Of a stretch of DNA of 64,000 bases, positions 12,064-22,037 are shown piece by piece (position 1 is the stretch's first letter; every line of letters starts with the position of its first letter). The position numbers and the translations under genes were made by a program. A model generated the notes under the pieces. That model was not told the DNA's origin and searched no databases. It saw only the letters and a program-made list of their open reading frames with translations. The stretch is taken from the NCBI GenBank assembly GCA_039024555.1, contig JBCCQQ010000027.1, positions 1 through 64,000 of the forward strand, read 5' to 3'. Source of the stretch: Cyanobacteria bacterium P01_D01_bin.156 (GTDB lineage Bacteria > Cyanobacteriota > Cyanobacteriia > Phormidesmidales > Phormidesmidaceae).

Positions 12064-12963
12064 ATGTCCGATGGTTTTCTTAACCTCCATAAACCCGCCG
12101 GATGGACATCCCACGACTGTGTTGCCAAGCTACGGCGACTCCTTAAAACTAAAAAAATTGGTCACGCAGGCACCCTAGACCCAGCCGCAACAGGAGTACT
12201 TCCAGTTGCCGTAGGACGAGCCACACGGCTACTACAATATCTTCCTGGTGACAAGGCTTATCGCGCTGTTATTCAACTAGGCACTACAACCGACACAGAC
12301 GATCTCGATGGCACAGTTTTAACCCAAACATCAACAGCTCACATCACCCAAGCAGATGTAACAGAGCAGCTTTCACATTTTCAAGGAATTATTCAACAAA
12401 TTCCGCCTATGTACAGCGCTATCCATGTCAATGGACAGCGGCTGTATGACTTAGCCCGTCAAGGTGAAACAGTTGATGTACCAAGCCGACAAGTCACAGT
12501 CCACAGTATTGACCTAGTGAACTGGCAAGCGGGAGAAGTTGCCCAGATCACCCTAAACATCGCCTGTGGGGCCGGTACCTATATTCGTTCAATCGCCCGA
12601 GATTTAGGTCAACGCCTCGGTGTAGGGGGCACTCTAGCCACACTGATTAGAACCCAAAGTAGTGGTTTTACCTTAGACACCAGTATCACTTTCGAAACAT
12701 TGGCAGAGCAGCCAAATACAGTTGAACTTATTGCCCCCGCAGTAGCCATGGAGCACTTGCCAAACATCGTTTTAGCAACCGATGCGGGGCGTCGCTGGTG
12801 CCTGGGCCAACGACTGCCCATTGAGCCAACCATTACCCTAGAACAACCGATACGTGTAGCTACTGAAACCTTCGCCTTGCTAGGGATTGGTTTATTTATG
12901 ATGAAAGATAACCAACCTTACCTGGTGCCCAAAATGGTGTGGGCATCTCCGACCCTTGAATAG
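12064..12963 (+). CDS. truB: tRNA pseudouridine(55) synthase
   Basis: KPAGWTSHD, GHAGTLDPAATGVL, QIPPMYSA and GTYIRS. Confidence 0.97.
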   Translation: MSDGFLNLHKPAGWTSHDCVAKLRRLLKTKKIGHAGTLDPAATGVLPVAVGRATRLLQYLPGDKAYRAVIQLGTTTDTDDLDGTVLTQTSTAHITQADVTEQLSHFQGIIQQIPPMYSAIHVNGQRLYDLARQGETVDVPSRQVTVHSIDLVNWQAGEVAQITLNIACGAGTYIRSIARDLGQRLGVGGTLATLIRTQSSGFTLDTSITFETLAEQPNTVELIAPAVAMEHLPNIVLATDAGRRWCLGQRLPIEPTITLEQPIRVATETFALLGIGLFMMKDNQPYLVPKMVWASPTLE

Positions 12964-13138
12964 GGGATACATGTATTTCCTTGGGAAAACTGTGAATTAC
13001 TCAAAAAATTACGGGTTCTTAAAGCAGAATATAAGATATTGGTATTAAGGAACCTACCGACAATCTAGGTTAATTTTATTCATTACTATGCTCCCGTGAT
13101 TTTTAGCGACTCCTATTGTTCACTGGATTAGAACATTC

Positions 13139-14377
13139 ATGATTAACCAGGGTTTCTCCTCCTCGCTCAAGCATTTTCAGAGGGACGAGATGATATTTGC
13201 AGAAGGAGATCCTGGCGAATGGGCTTACATTATCGAATCTGGCCGTGTAGAAGTCGCCGTTAGTGTTAATGGCCACCCCTATCCATTAGGTATTTTGACC
13301 AGAGGAGATGTATTGGGGTAAATGGCTGTTATGGATACAGCACCTCGTTCAGCCTCTGCAAAAGCTCTTGAAGAAACCGTCTGTGTCGCTATTCCCAGTC
13401 GTCAGATTTCAGAACGATTGGAAGAAGCCGATCCTGTCATCAAGCTATTAGTCAACACCTTACTGCATCGTATTCGCAACAATATTACCCAAGTTAATTC
13501 ATCCCCTCAGATACGTATTCCCTCGAAACTTTGTCAAGCCCTCTCTAAACGGGCGCTGGACAAAATACGCATGGAGTCAGAACTACGGGGGGCGCTTAAT
13601 AATCAACAACTACGGCCCCATTATCAACCTTTAGTCAATATTCAAACTCGCGAAATCCTAGGATTTGAAGCCCTAATTCGCTGGTTTAGTCCTACACGTG
13701 GAGAAGTATCCCCTGGAGAATTTACCAGCCTTGCTGAAGAAACATCGTTAATTATCCCCATTGGACAACAAACGATTCAACAGGCCTGCCGCGATTTAGG
13801 GCAATTTCAAACACGTTACTCCAGGGGCAACCTGTCTATGAGCATTAACGTTGCCCCTCGTCAGATGGCAGAGGCTCACTTTTTAAGAGATCTTCAGACC
13901 ATTACTGATCGGTATGGTCTACAGGCATCTCAAATCAAATTAGAAGTAACAGAGCGGGTTTTTATGGGCAATCCGATTGCCTTAGAAATGTTGAAAAGCT
14001 GCCGTCAGGCCGGTTTTCAGATTTTTCTAGACGATTTTGGCACCGGATTCTCTAGCTTAAATTACCTGACTCGGTTTGAAGTCGATGGGTTCAAGGTCGA
14101 TCGGGCTTTTGTGCAAGAATTACTCACCAATCGGCGCACGCAAATATTATTAGAAAGTATGTTAGCCATGGCCCATGGACTAAAGATACAGACAGTTGTA
14201 GAAGGCATTGAGACAGAACAACAACTCACGGTTCTGCAAGCATCTGGATGTGATATGGGTCAGGGGTATTTATTTGGTAGACCGTTACCGTTTAGTGCAA
14301 CACAACAACTTCTAACAAGCAGCCTAATTGCCATCGGTAGTTTAGAAGATGAAACTTCGGTTGAACACGCTACCTGA
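13139..14377 (+). pseudogene. cNMP-binding plus EAL-domain c-di-GMP phosphodiesterase interrupted by one in-frame TAA at 13319-13321
   Basis: Two abutting ORFs in the same frame read GDVLG*MAVMD..PRSASA where cNMP domains have GE. EAL motifs (EAL, EVTE, DDFGTGFSSL, KVDR, EGIE, QGY) are intact. Confidence 0.8.
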
Positions 14378-14427
14378 GCATTGCTTTCTGAATACAAGCC
14401 TCATCATCATTAAGCCCAAGCACTATC

Positions 14428-16611
14428 CTAAAGCCCAATCAGTTGGTAGCGACTAGCATCCTGGATCAGCAACACAGCAGACTGATTAGGACTTTTTGAG
14501 GTAAAGCCTAATAGTGATTGTGTCTGGTTGACATCGCTGTAAAGCAAGTCACCTGTACTAGATAGAATCAGAGTCTTTCCAGAGGTCAGATTTAGCTCTT
14601 GAGGAACGTCATTGCCAATAGAAAAGAGATGTTCTTCCGCCGAGTCTCCTACTAGATCACGGCTAGCATAGAGCAAATGTGAAAACAACTGCATGGTTTG
14701 TTCAGGCGTTAGCGCTAGATGATTGCCAAGGGCTTCTAACATCAAAGCTTCAGAACTGGATTGAGCAACTTCCTGATGATTGACATTATCAGAACCATTA
14801 GAACTGGAGATAGTTGTTGATAGGTTAGGCGTCGGTAACCATCGCCAGGGTAATAGGGCCATCCATTGCCAATCATTACCGACAGTGGTGAGTAAGGGTA
14901 GTCCTTCAACCTTGGGACCAATACCCAGGAGGGTAAGCTGAGTGCCATTTTCCTTGACCCCATGAATGGCAAGACTTCCTATGGGTTGATTGCCTTTAAA
15001 AAGTTGTAACTGACGACGTAAGGAAAGAGATTCAGCCCAAAAGTTAGCAGCTGTGGTGCCCCTCAGAGGTGTCTGCCAACCTGACGGATCTTGCAACTGA
15101 TGTATTTGGATGTGATACCAAGTTTGACCGGGTACTGGCGTCGGGAGAGTTTGCGATCGCAGCCAGCCATCCCCAACCGCTGCCACTGCCGTCGCTTCAC
15201 CCACCAGACTCAGATAGCGCCCGGTACCAGCAGAGACCTCTTCAACTGCCACAGTGGCTTTAGGTGCCTGTGGTGGCAAAACATCGGCCACGGATATTTG
15301 ACTCTGGCCCACGGCCTGCAACCTTTCTAAGGTTTTCTGAGTATGGGGTCTCTCTTTAAGCCAATCTGCTCCAGCCTCAGAAGTTTGTCTCGCCGTCACT
15401 AACAGTGCTCCCCAAATTTGGGCAGCAGAGTCTTTAGGATGCACTTGTAGATGTATAGTCACCTGTCGCCATAGGGGCTCAAAGTCTTTTTCTAGATGAT
15501 TGAGAATACTCTGATAGATCTCTGGATGGCTTTCTAGCCTTGCGAGCGCGTCTTCCCACTGCCCATCAATCAGGTAGGTCCAAATATGCTGTTGCTGATT
15601 TGACCAAGTTTGTTCTGTTTGAGCCTTGGTCTGTAACGCGTGAAATCGAATTAGCCTCAGTTGAAACTCAGCTTCCGGCAACCAGCGCTCAGCCAAAGCC
15701 ACTTTAGCCGATTCCATCATTTGCAGACTGTGGGACCATACAGCCCCCTGAGCCAGCTGCAAAGCTTTGGTGTAAAGAGATGTCTCTAACTCTGTATCAT
15801 AGGCAGAACGATAGACCGATAATTCCTTTAACTGCGGCGGATCGTTCGGAACCAATTGATGGACTAAAAAATTGGGTCGCAAACCAACGGTTTGATCAAT
15901 CACAAACAAACTGGCTGTTTGATCTCGATACCACTGCAGAGGCTGTTCCACCGGACTGGACCACTTAAGCACCTGATGCAGACGATGAGCACTGGTCTGA
16001 TAACTCAAAATCTGCCCATATCGCATCACCGTATTGCCATAGCGACGTTGCCCTTCCAGTAGTAGCCACGGAACTGTCGTCGATACACCTGGAATTAAGC
16101 TCACAGAGGATACGTTAGCGTCACTATCAATGCTAGTTACCTGGGCAGCCGTGCCGACCAATGGTGTAGTGACAAACGATTCTCGCATTGGGCGAATCGT
16201 CACTTGATCCATCCGCTGTAGCTGCTGGCCGCGAACACGATAGACCCATAGTTCTCGAATAGCCTGATCGTCATCAAGCAATGGATAAAACCAGGCGGTG
16301 GGCTTTGTAGGATTAGGCCAGGCTAAAGGAGACGCTGTCGTTAGGTTTTGCGACCTTAGCTCTGCTTGAATTTCGTCAATCGTCTGGGGAGGAGCCTCAA
16401 AACTCGTTGTCAGACTGGGGAATACCTGCTTTAACCAATTGGGGCTATAGGGATCCACAATCAGCTTAGCCCCAGACAAAATAACAGCCACTAACAATAC
16501 ACTGCCGCCAGCTATGGTAAACCAACTGATCCAGGACCAGGGCATACGTCCCGTTGGGCTGACCAGCAGTTTAACTTGAGCATTGGGCGGATTCGATTTA
16601 CTCAGTCCCAT
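14428..16611 (-). CDS. Large hypothetical protein (727 aa) with one N-terminal transmembrane anchor
   Basis: Long ORF with a hydrophobic segment at about aa 28-52; lies 30 bp downstream of the GT4 gene. Confidence 0.75.
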   Translation of the reverse strand: MGLSKSNPPNAQVKLLVSPTGRMPWSWISWFTIAGGSVLLVAVILSGAKLIVDPYSPNWLKQVFPSLTTSFEAPPQTIDEIQAELRSQNLTTASPLAWPNPTKPTAWFYPLLDDDQAIRELWVYRVRGQQLQRMDQVTIRPMRESFVTTPLVGTAAQVTSIDSDANVSSVSLIPGVSTTVPWLLLEGQRRYGNTVMRYGQILSYQTSAHRLHQVLKWSSPVEQPLQWYRDQTASLFVIDQTVGLRPNFLVHQLVPNDPPQLKELSVYRSAYDTELETSLYTKALQLAQGAVWSHSLQMMESAKVALAERWLPEAEFQLRLIRFHALQTKAQTEQTWSNQQQHIWTYLIDGQWEDALARLESHPEIYQSILNHLEKDFEPLWRQVTIHLQVHPKDSAAQIWGALLVTARQTSEAGADWLKERPHTQKTLERLQAVGQSQISVADVLPPQAPKATVAVEEVSAGTGRYLSLVGEATAVAAVGDGWLRSQTLPTPVPGQTWYHIQIHQLQDPSGWQTPLRGTTAANFWAESLSLRRQLQLFKGNQPIGSLAIHGVKENGTQLTLLGIGPKVEGLPLLTTVGNDWQWMALLPWRWLPTPNLSTTISSSNGSDNVNHQEVAQSSSEALMLEALGNHLALTPEQTMQLFSHLLYASRDLVGDSAEEHLFSIGNDVPQELNLTSGKTLILSSTGDLLYSDVNQTQSLLGFTSKSPNQSAVLLIQDASRYQLIGL

Positions 16612-16641
16612 GGAACCGATGGACCGTTAAATACATATTGT

Positions 16642-17865
16642 CTAGGAGGATAGCACCTGGGCGTATTTTTGCCCGAGACTCTCCCAGTTAAATTCAGCTT
16701 CAATCATTTGCCGCGCATTTTTGGAAAGGGTGTGGCGCAGCTCAACATCTTCAAACAGTCGGCCAATTGCCTTCACATAGTCCTCCGGTTGGTTAGCTCG
16801 CAGTGCTCTTAGGGGCACATCTTGGCTGTCCACATCCATGCCTTCAAGACCGCGATCGCTACCGACAACGGGTACCCCAACTGCCATGGATTCGAGGGTT
16901 TTAGTTTTAATACCAATACCAGCCCGTAGAGGAACCACACTCACCGTTGACTGCTGCAGGCAAGCCGTAATCGACGGGACTCGTCCTGTTACAGTCACCC
17001 CTGAGATCTGATCCAGAGCTTTTACAGCTGGGACAGGCCGGGTACCCACCAAACTCAAGGTAGCCTCCGGATAACGCTGCTTCACCAAGGGAAAAATTTC
17101 CCGCGCCAGATAACAGGCCGCATCAATATTATGGGAAGAATCCATCGCCCCAATAAAGATAAGCGCATGGCCTCCAGGATCATCACTGCGATAGGGAGAA
17201 GTCTCTAAATCCACCCCCGTGGAAACAATGTGAAGCGGTGCATCCGGCATCAATCGTTGGATATGGGCACGATCGTGGGGGGTGGTTACCACCAAGTGCG
17301 TGAATTTGGCACAGTAGCGCTTTTCATAACGAGCCAGCATCGGCAGATACAGCCGATCGCGCATGGGATTTTCCGACGCCCCAGCTTCCAAATGATCTAA
17401 CACCCAACCATAAACAGAGCTGTGAATATCTGCGATTGTTTTCACCCGTTCGCGAAACCTGGGGTGAACATACATTTCATTGACACCATGTTCACAAACC
17501 ACTGCATCATAGTTGCCAGTATCCACCTGCTGGTTCACCCAGGCATAGACCTCAGGCGAGAACCGAAAGGTCACGCTGGGGGGGGTAGCTGTAATAAAAA
17601 ACTGCGCAAATCTTAGGGCCTGCTTGAGGGGGTTACGATCCTGCTTTGCAGTGTGGCCAGCCGGTAGCGGGAAGGTTTTAACCTCCTTGACCCATTGCTT
17701 TAGTATGTGAATATTGTCTGCTGTGGCATTAGGCGTTTCATGGGCCGCCAATGTGATGTCATGCAGGGGGCCAATTTGTCGAAGCAGATTAAAGGTACGC
17801 ACCTCGGCAGCACCATGGCTTGGGGGATAGGGGAAGGTATTTAGGGAAAGAACAAGCAGGCGCAT
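16642..17865 (-). CDS. Glycosyltransferase family 4 (GT-B)
   Basis: FPYPPSHG, FIGAMD..HN and GIGIKTKTLESMAVGVPVV. Confidence 0.9.
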   Translation of the reverse strand: MRLLVLSLNTFPYPPSHGAAEVRTFNLLRQIGPLHDITLAAHETPNATADNIHILKQWVKEVKTFPLPAGHTAKQDRNPLKQALRFAQFFITATPPSVTFRFSPEVYAWVNQQVDTGNYDAVVCEHGVNEMYVHPRFRERVKTIADIHSSVYGWVLDHLEAGASENPMRDRLYLPMLARYEKRYCAKFTHLVVTTPHDRAHIQRLMPDAPLHIVSTGVDLETSPYRSDDPGGHALIFIGAMDSSHNIDAACYLAREIFPLVKQRYPEATLSLVGTRPVPAVKALDQISGVTVTGRVPSITACLQQSTVSVVPLRAGIGIKTKTLESMAVGVPVVGSDRGLEGMDVDSQDVPLRALRANQPEDYVKAIGRLFEDVELRHTLSKNARQMIEAEFNWESLGQKYAQVLSS

Positions 17866-18040
17866 TGGATAGTTAGGGATTTCGTTACTGAGTAATCGTT
17901 GGTCATACCTGCCCTAAATTGTTAATCTCATGGGCATTACTAATCTTCGAGATGGACTTGGATATCAAACTCTGCCTGTAAAAAGACCTGGCAGCTCTTT
18001 TCATTCCAAACATCAGTGTCGACATGCCTGTTGTGAGGCA

Positions 18041-19042
18041 TTATTCAACATCTTCTAGCCAGGCAATTTCATCTGCCTTTTCTGGCAGTCGCGATTCTCG
18101 CTGACCCAGGGTACGGGCACGAAAGCAATAGAGGCTGATGGGGGTCATCGCTAAATCAATCAAGTCAGCCTTTCCCAACAGCAATTGCCATACCCTGATG
18201 GGTAATTCCTTGATTAGCCAACGAGCGATTGAATACTGCATCTCATATGACCTGAGAGTACGGCTTAGCCTCACCCCGTGGATTTGGTGTAAATAGCGGT
18301 TAGACCGGCCATAGCGATACCATTGTTTATAGAGTTCCTTAAGAGTGGTGCGATGATGATGCTGCACAGTTGCCGTTTCGGTATAGTGCAACTGCCAGTC
18401 ACCATCACGCTGTAGCCGCCAGCAAATATCAGCATCCCCGCCTGTGGTCATATAGGGACGAAACAATCCGATTTTTTCTAGGGCACAGGCACGAATAGCA
18501 ATGTTGGCCGTCTGGCCATAGGGACAAAATGGATGAGCCAGGGTAGCCTGCTGAGACATAATGTCTTTGCGTTCAGCGTACTGTTCTAGCCAAGTAAGAC
18601 CTGGTAAAGCCTTGATTTCGCCAACACACAGACCCACAGCAGTATCCTGAAATCCCTGGACTAGATTTTCCAGCCAGGTGCTAGCGGGGTAGCAGTCAGC
18701 ATCGGTAAAGGCTAATATCTCTCCTTTAGCAGCACGAATACCGGTATTACGGGCAGCATAGGCACTTTGAATCTGGGTTTCTTGCAAATACTGAAAGGTG
18801 AGCCCAGCTGCTTTGGCTCGGCTCACAGCTTCTTTTAGAAGATGGGGGGTGCGATCGCAGCTACCATTATCCACAAGCAAATATTCCACCTGATCCGCTG
18901 GGTAGGTTTGCTCAAGTAAGCACCTAATTAGCCCCGGCAAATCAGTTTCACCGTTATAAATAGGCACAACTACCGAAACCGTTGGGAAAAATTTGGTAGA
19001 TATGGCAGGCGTCTCGTCGGCAACCATAAAAGCTTGGGGCAT
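18041..19042 (-). CDS. Glycosyltransferase family 2
   Basis: VSVVVPIYN, VDNGS.D, ARNTG, AFTDADC and GGDAD. Confidence 0.92.
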   Translation of the reverse strand: MPQAFMVADETPAISTKFFPTVSVVVPIYNGETDLPGLIRCLLEQTYPADQVEYLLVDNGSCDRTPHLLKEAVSRAKAAGLTFQYLQETQIQSAYAARNTGIRAAKGEILAFTDADCYPASTWLENLVQGFQDTAVGLCVGEIKALPGLTWLEQYAERKDIMSQQATLAHPFCPYGQTANIAIRACALEKIGLFRPYMTTGGDADICWRLQRDGDWQLHYTETATVQHHHRTTLKELYKQWYRYGRSNRYLHQIHGVRLSRTLRSYEMQYSIARWLIKELPIRVWQLLLGKADLIDLAMTPISLYCFRARTLGQRESRLPEKADEIAWLEDVE

Positions 19043-19403
19043 CGATTCTCAACTCAATCTACAGCTACAGGTAGTTTTGACTTCAATCCGTCGAGAATAA
19101 ACAGACATATGTTTCTGCAAACTATGGTTCCCGACTCAAGGTTCAATCCTTACGCAGCATTGACAGACTGCTTTAACTCAGGAACATTAATTTTTACAGC
19201 TCATATCAAGTCAACCTATGCCGCGCTCAGGATCTTCACTGAATACCGATTAATATTCACCAGAATTACTATTGAGTTTGAACAACACAGCTGTTCCTCC
19301 ACAAGAAAAGGTCACCCAAACGGCAACTATCCCAAAAATCTAAGTTCTTATTGTCTAGCAGACTCTAAAAACCCTTCTGCACCCATCAACTCAAATTACT
19401 ATT

Positions 19404-20396
19404 GTGCCTAATATTAGTATTTGCATCCCCACATACAATCGGGCTCAAATTTTGCCCTACGCAGTTCAAAGCGTTCTAGCTCAAACCTACAAAAACTTTG
19501 AACTGATCATTTGTGACGATGCTTCCCCTGACAATACCCCAGAGGTGGTTGCTCAATGGCAGGATCCACGCATTCGGTATATTCGTCATCCACACAATAT
19601 TCAACGCAGCCGTAACATGCGGTCCGGGTACGAAGCGGCTCAGGGCAAATATTTTATTAAATTTGATGATGATGACGCCCTGACACCCACTTTTTTGGAA
19701 CGCACAGTGGCTGTAATGGAAGCTCAGCCAAATATAGATTTTGTCTGTACCGATCACTGGGTCATTAATGCCCGTAATCAGAGGGACACAGTAGCCACAG
19801 CAGCCAACTCAGCCAAATGGGGTAAAAATAACTTATCCGAGGACATTATTCATGATCTGCTCAAGGAAACCTTTGTCCATCAGAGTTTACAGGTGGGGTC
19901 CACATTATTTCGCAGGAATTGCCTGAAAGCAGTAGACTTTATGCGATTTGAAGCCGATGGTTGCGAAGACTTTGATTTGTTAGTGCGACTGGCACTAGTC
20001 GGCAAAACGGGATACTTTGTTCCGGAACGACTAATGGAATATCGGTTCCACGGTGGTCAAACCAGCCTAAAGCAAGACATACATTTTTTATCTGCCAAGA
20101 TTTTTTGCTTAGAGAGCTATCAATTTCCTGAGCGGCCAGCACTAGAGTCAATTCGCCACTCAAAGTTGAATGAATTAAAGCAAGTACTCGCGATGCGCCT
20201 GATCGAAAAAGGCGAGTCTCAGCGGGGGCGATTGTTAATTGAGGAGTTAGCCCAAAAAGGGGCATTATCATCTAAGGCCAAAATAGGGCGTATTTTGGCC
20301 TATTTACCCTTAAGCTGGCGAAAATTAGCATTTCAAGGGTTTCGGCAACTGCGACCTCAAGACTATAGCGAGCGGGTCCGTAATGCAGCAGGCTGA
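19404..20396 (+). CDS. Glycosyltransferase family 2
   Basis: ISICIPTYNR, ICDDASPD, KFDDDD and CEDFD. Confidence 0.92.
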   Translation: MPNISICIPTYNRAQILPYAVQSVLAQTYKNFELIICDDASPDNTPEVVAQWQDPRIRYIRHPHNIQRSRNMRSGYEAAQGKYFIKFDDDDALTPTFLERTVAVMEAQPNIDFVCTDHWVINARNQRDTVATAANSAKWGKNNLSEDIIHDLLKETFVHQSLQVGSTLFRRNCLKAVDFMRFEADGCEDFDLLVRLALVGKTGYFVPERLMEYRFHGGQTSLKQDIHFLSAKIFCLESYQFPERPALESIRHSKLNELKQVLAMRLIEKGESQRGRLLIEELAQKGALSSKAKIGRILAYLPLSWRKLAFQGFRQLRPQDYSERVRNAAG

Positions 20397-21342
20397 TCGT
20401 TATAGTTTGCCCATGATTGCTGCTCTGGGGATAGCACTGACTATGCCTCAATGCACAATAAGCTCTAGCCTTGAACCGCAGGAGCCTATTTCTAATCTGA
20501 AAACATTGCCAAGTCTCACTCAGCCTAGCTTCGAGCAACAAGCCTGGCCCAATGAAGTCCAACCAGTTGCCCAAATTTATATAGTCACCATTCCGCCCGG
20601 TCATCCCATTGATGTGGCCGCTAGCACAGACCTGCAAACCGTAGAAGAGTTTGCAGCTGAACACAATGCATTAGCTGTGATCAATGGAGGTTTTTTTGAC
20701 CCAAACAATGGACAAACCACATCTTTTGTGATGATTAATGGCGCACTGGTGGCAGACCCACGGGAAAACAAACGACTCATAAACAATCCGGCTCTAGATG
20801 CCTACATAGATAAAATTCTGAATCGATCTGAATTTCGCCGTTACCAATGTGGGGATGACATTCACTACGACATCACCTTTCACAATGCTGCGTTGCCAGA
20901 TAACTGTATTCTCCATAGCGCCTTGGGTGCTGGTCCCCAGCTACTACCGACCGATACGTCGCAGACAGAAGGATTTACCGATTATGCCGACGGTCATCTA
21001 ACTCGGGATGCCATTGGTAGCCAACAACCAAACGCCCGTAGTGCCGTCGGCATTAAAGAAGACGGCACCGTGGTCTGGGTTATGGTGGCTCAAGCTGATG
21101 CAACAGGAGGCATGACGTTAGGCGAATTAGCAGAGTTTATGGCTAAATTAAACGTTCAACAGGCCCTGAATCTAGATGGGGGCAGTTCCTCTTCCCTAAA
21201 CGTGGACCAACAGTTGAACAGCAGCGCAGCATCTTCTACAACAGTCTCAACTACTAGAGCCCCCTCAACTTATCCATCCCTCAATTCGCGTCCAGTAAAA
21301 TCCGTTTTGCTATTGCCCCAACAGTCAATTCCTAAAAACTAA
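20383..21342 (+). CDS. Phosphodiester glycosidase (NAGPA/DUF2233 family), probably exported
   Basis: AVINGGFF, GAGPQL, ARSAVG and ALNLDGGSS; overlaps the upstream GT2 by 14 nt. Confidence 0.88.
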   Translation: MQQADRYSLPMIAALGIALTMPQCTISSSLEPQEPISNLKTLPSLTQPSFEQQAWPNEVQPVAQIYIVTIPPGHPIDVAASTDLQTVEEFAAEHNALAVINGGFFDPNNGQTTSFVMINGALVADPRENKRLINNPALDAYIDKILNRSEFRRYQCGDDIHYDITFHNAALPDNCILHSALGAGPQLLPTDTSQTEGFTDYADGHLTRDAIGSQQPNARSAVGIKEDGTVVWVMVAQADATGGMTLGELAEFMAKLNVQQALNLDGGSSSSLNVDQQLNSSAASSTTVSTTRAPSTYPSLNSRPVKSVLLLPQQSIPKN

Positions 21343-21380
21343 ACTCCCTAGAAACGGTTAAGTCCCTAGGGAGTTTAGTT
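21337..21380. terminator. Hairpin with 15-bp arms at the end of the NAGPA gene, at the left edge of the AT-rich cassette
   Basis: AACTAAACTCCCTAG-N14-CTAGGGAGTTTAGTT. Confidence 0.7.
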
Positions 21381-21455
21381 ACATCGATACACTGCGACAT
21401 TAAGAACCAAGGTTCAATAGATTCAATCAGACTGAACCTGATTCAAGTCTTTCAA

Positions 21456-21770
21456 CTAAGACGCCTTATCTTGGGGCCAAACTAAACCAAGCTGTTCTGG
21501 AGATTCAAGAGGTTGTACCCATAGAGTTGTACCTTGACGGCCTACAACTTTAACATTTTCACCAATAGCGATGATGCGATCTCTGTTCGAACAGGCAAAC
21601 CAATAAACGCCACAGAGACGAATACGCCCCTTTTTCCCAATACGGATAGGCGTTTCAACAACACCAATGCTTTCCAAATAACTCATCACGTTTGAAGATG
21701 GAGATGCATGCTTAGTAATGAGACAGTCTAAATCCAAAGACTTCTTCAGTAATGATTTCTTGAAATTCAT
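21456..21770 (-). CDS. Stand-alone NfeD-like C-terminal (OB-fold) protein
   Basis: G.V..PI....KGRIRLCGVYWFA......I.IGENVKVVGRQGTTLWV matches the NfeD C-terminal pattern; no transmembrane helix. Confidence 0.8.
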   Translation of the reverse strand: MNFKKSLLKKSLDLDCLITKHASPSSNVMSYLESIGVVETPIRIGKKGRIRLCGVYWFACSNRDRIIAIGENVKVVGRQGTTLWVQPLESPEQLGLVWPQDKAS

Positions 21771-22037
21771 AAGACTGAAAAATCAACAATGCATTAAGTA
21801 TGTCAATCAAAAGGCTTACTGAATTACCACCTTTTGAAGGTATTTATCTGACATCTATAAGAGTTTGCTTACAGAAGTAAGAACAAAGTATTGAAGCCCT
21901 TGAAAACTCGAAAAAGCAAAGCGTATACCGATCAACAGGAATCTCAATTGGTTGAATAGCAATTGTCGCTATTTTTGCCTAAACCTATAAATCCCTTCAA
22001 TACAAAAGTCTCTAGATATGGTTTATAACAAGTTAGA

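Noticed and set aside
12983..12991. SigF/SigJ-type promoter word GGGAAAACT before the cNMP-EAL gene (similar word near 42552)
   Set aside because: A 9-mer with a mismatch is too short to support without TSS data.
13319..13321. Programmed recoding (Sec/Pyl or alternative code) of the internal stop
   Set aside because: The codon is TAA, used as a normal stop by many genes here, and the expected residue is Glu.
19034..19411. 125-aa ORF filling the spacer between the divergent GT2 genes
   Set aside because: TTG start, overlaps both start regions and has no domain signal; probably promoter DNA.
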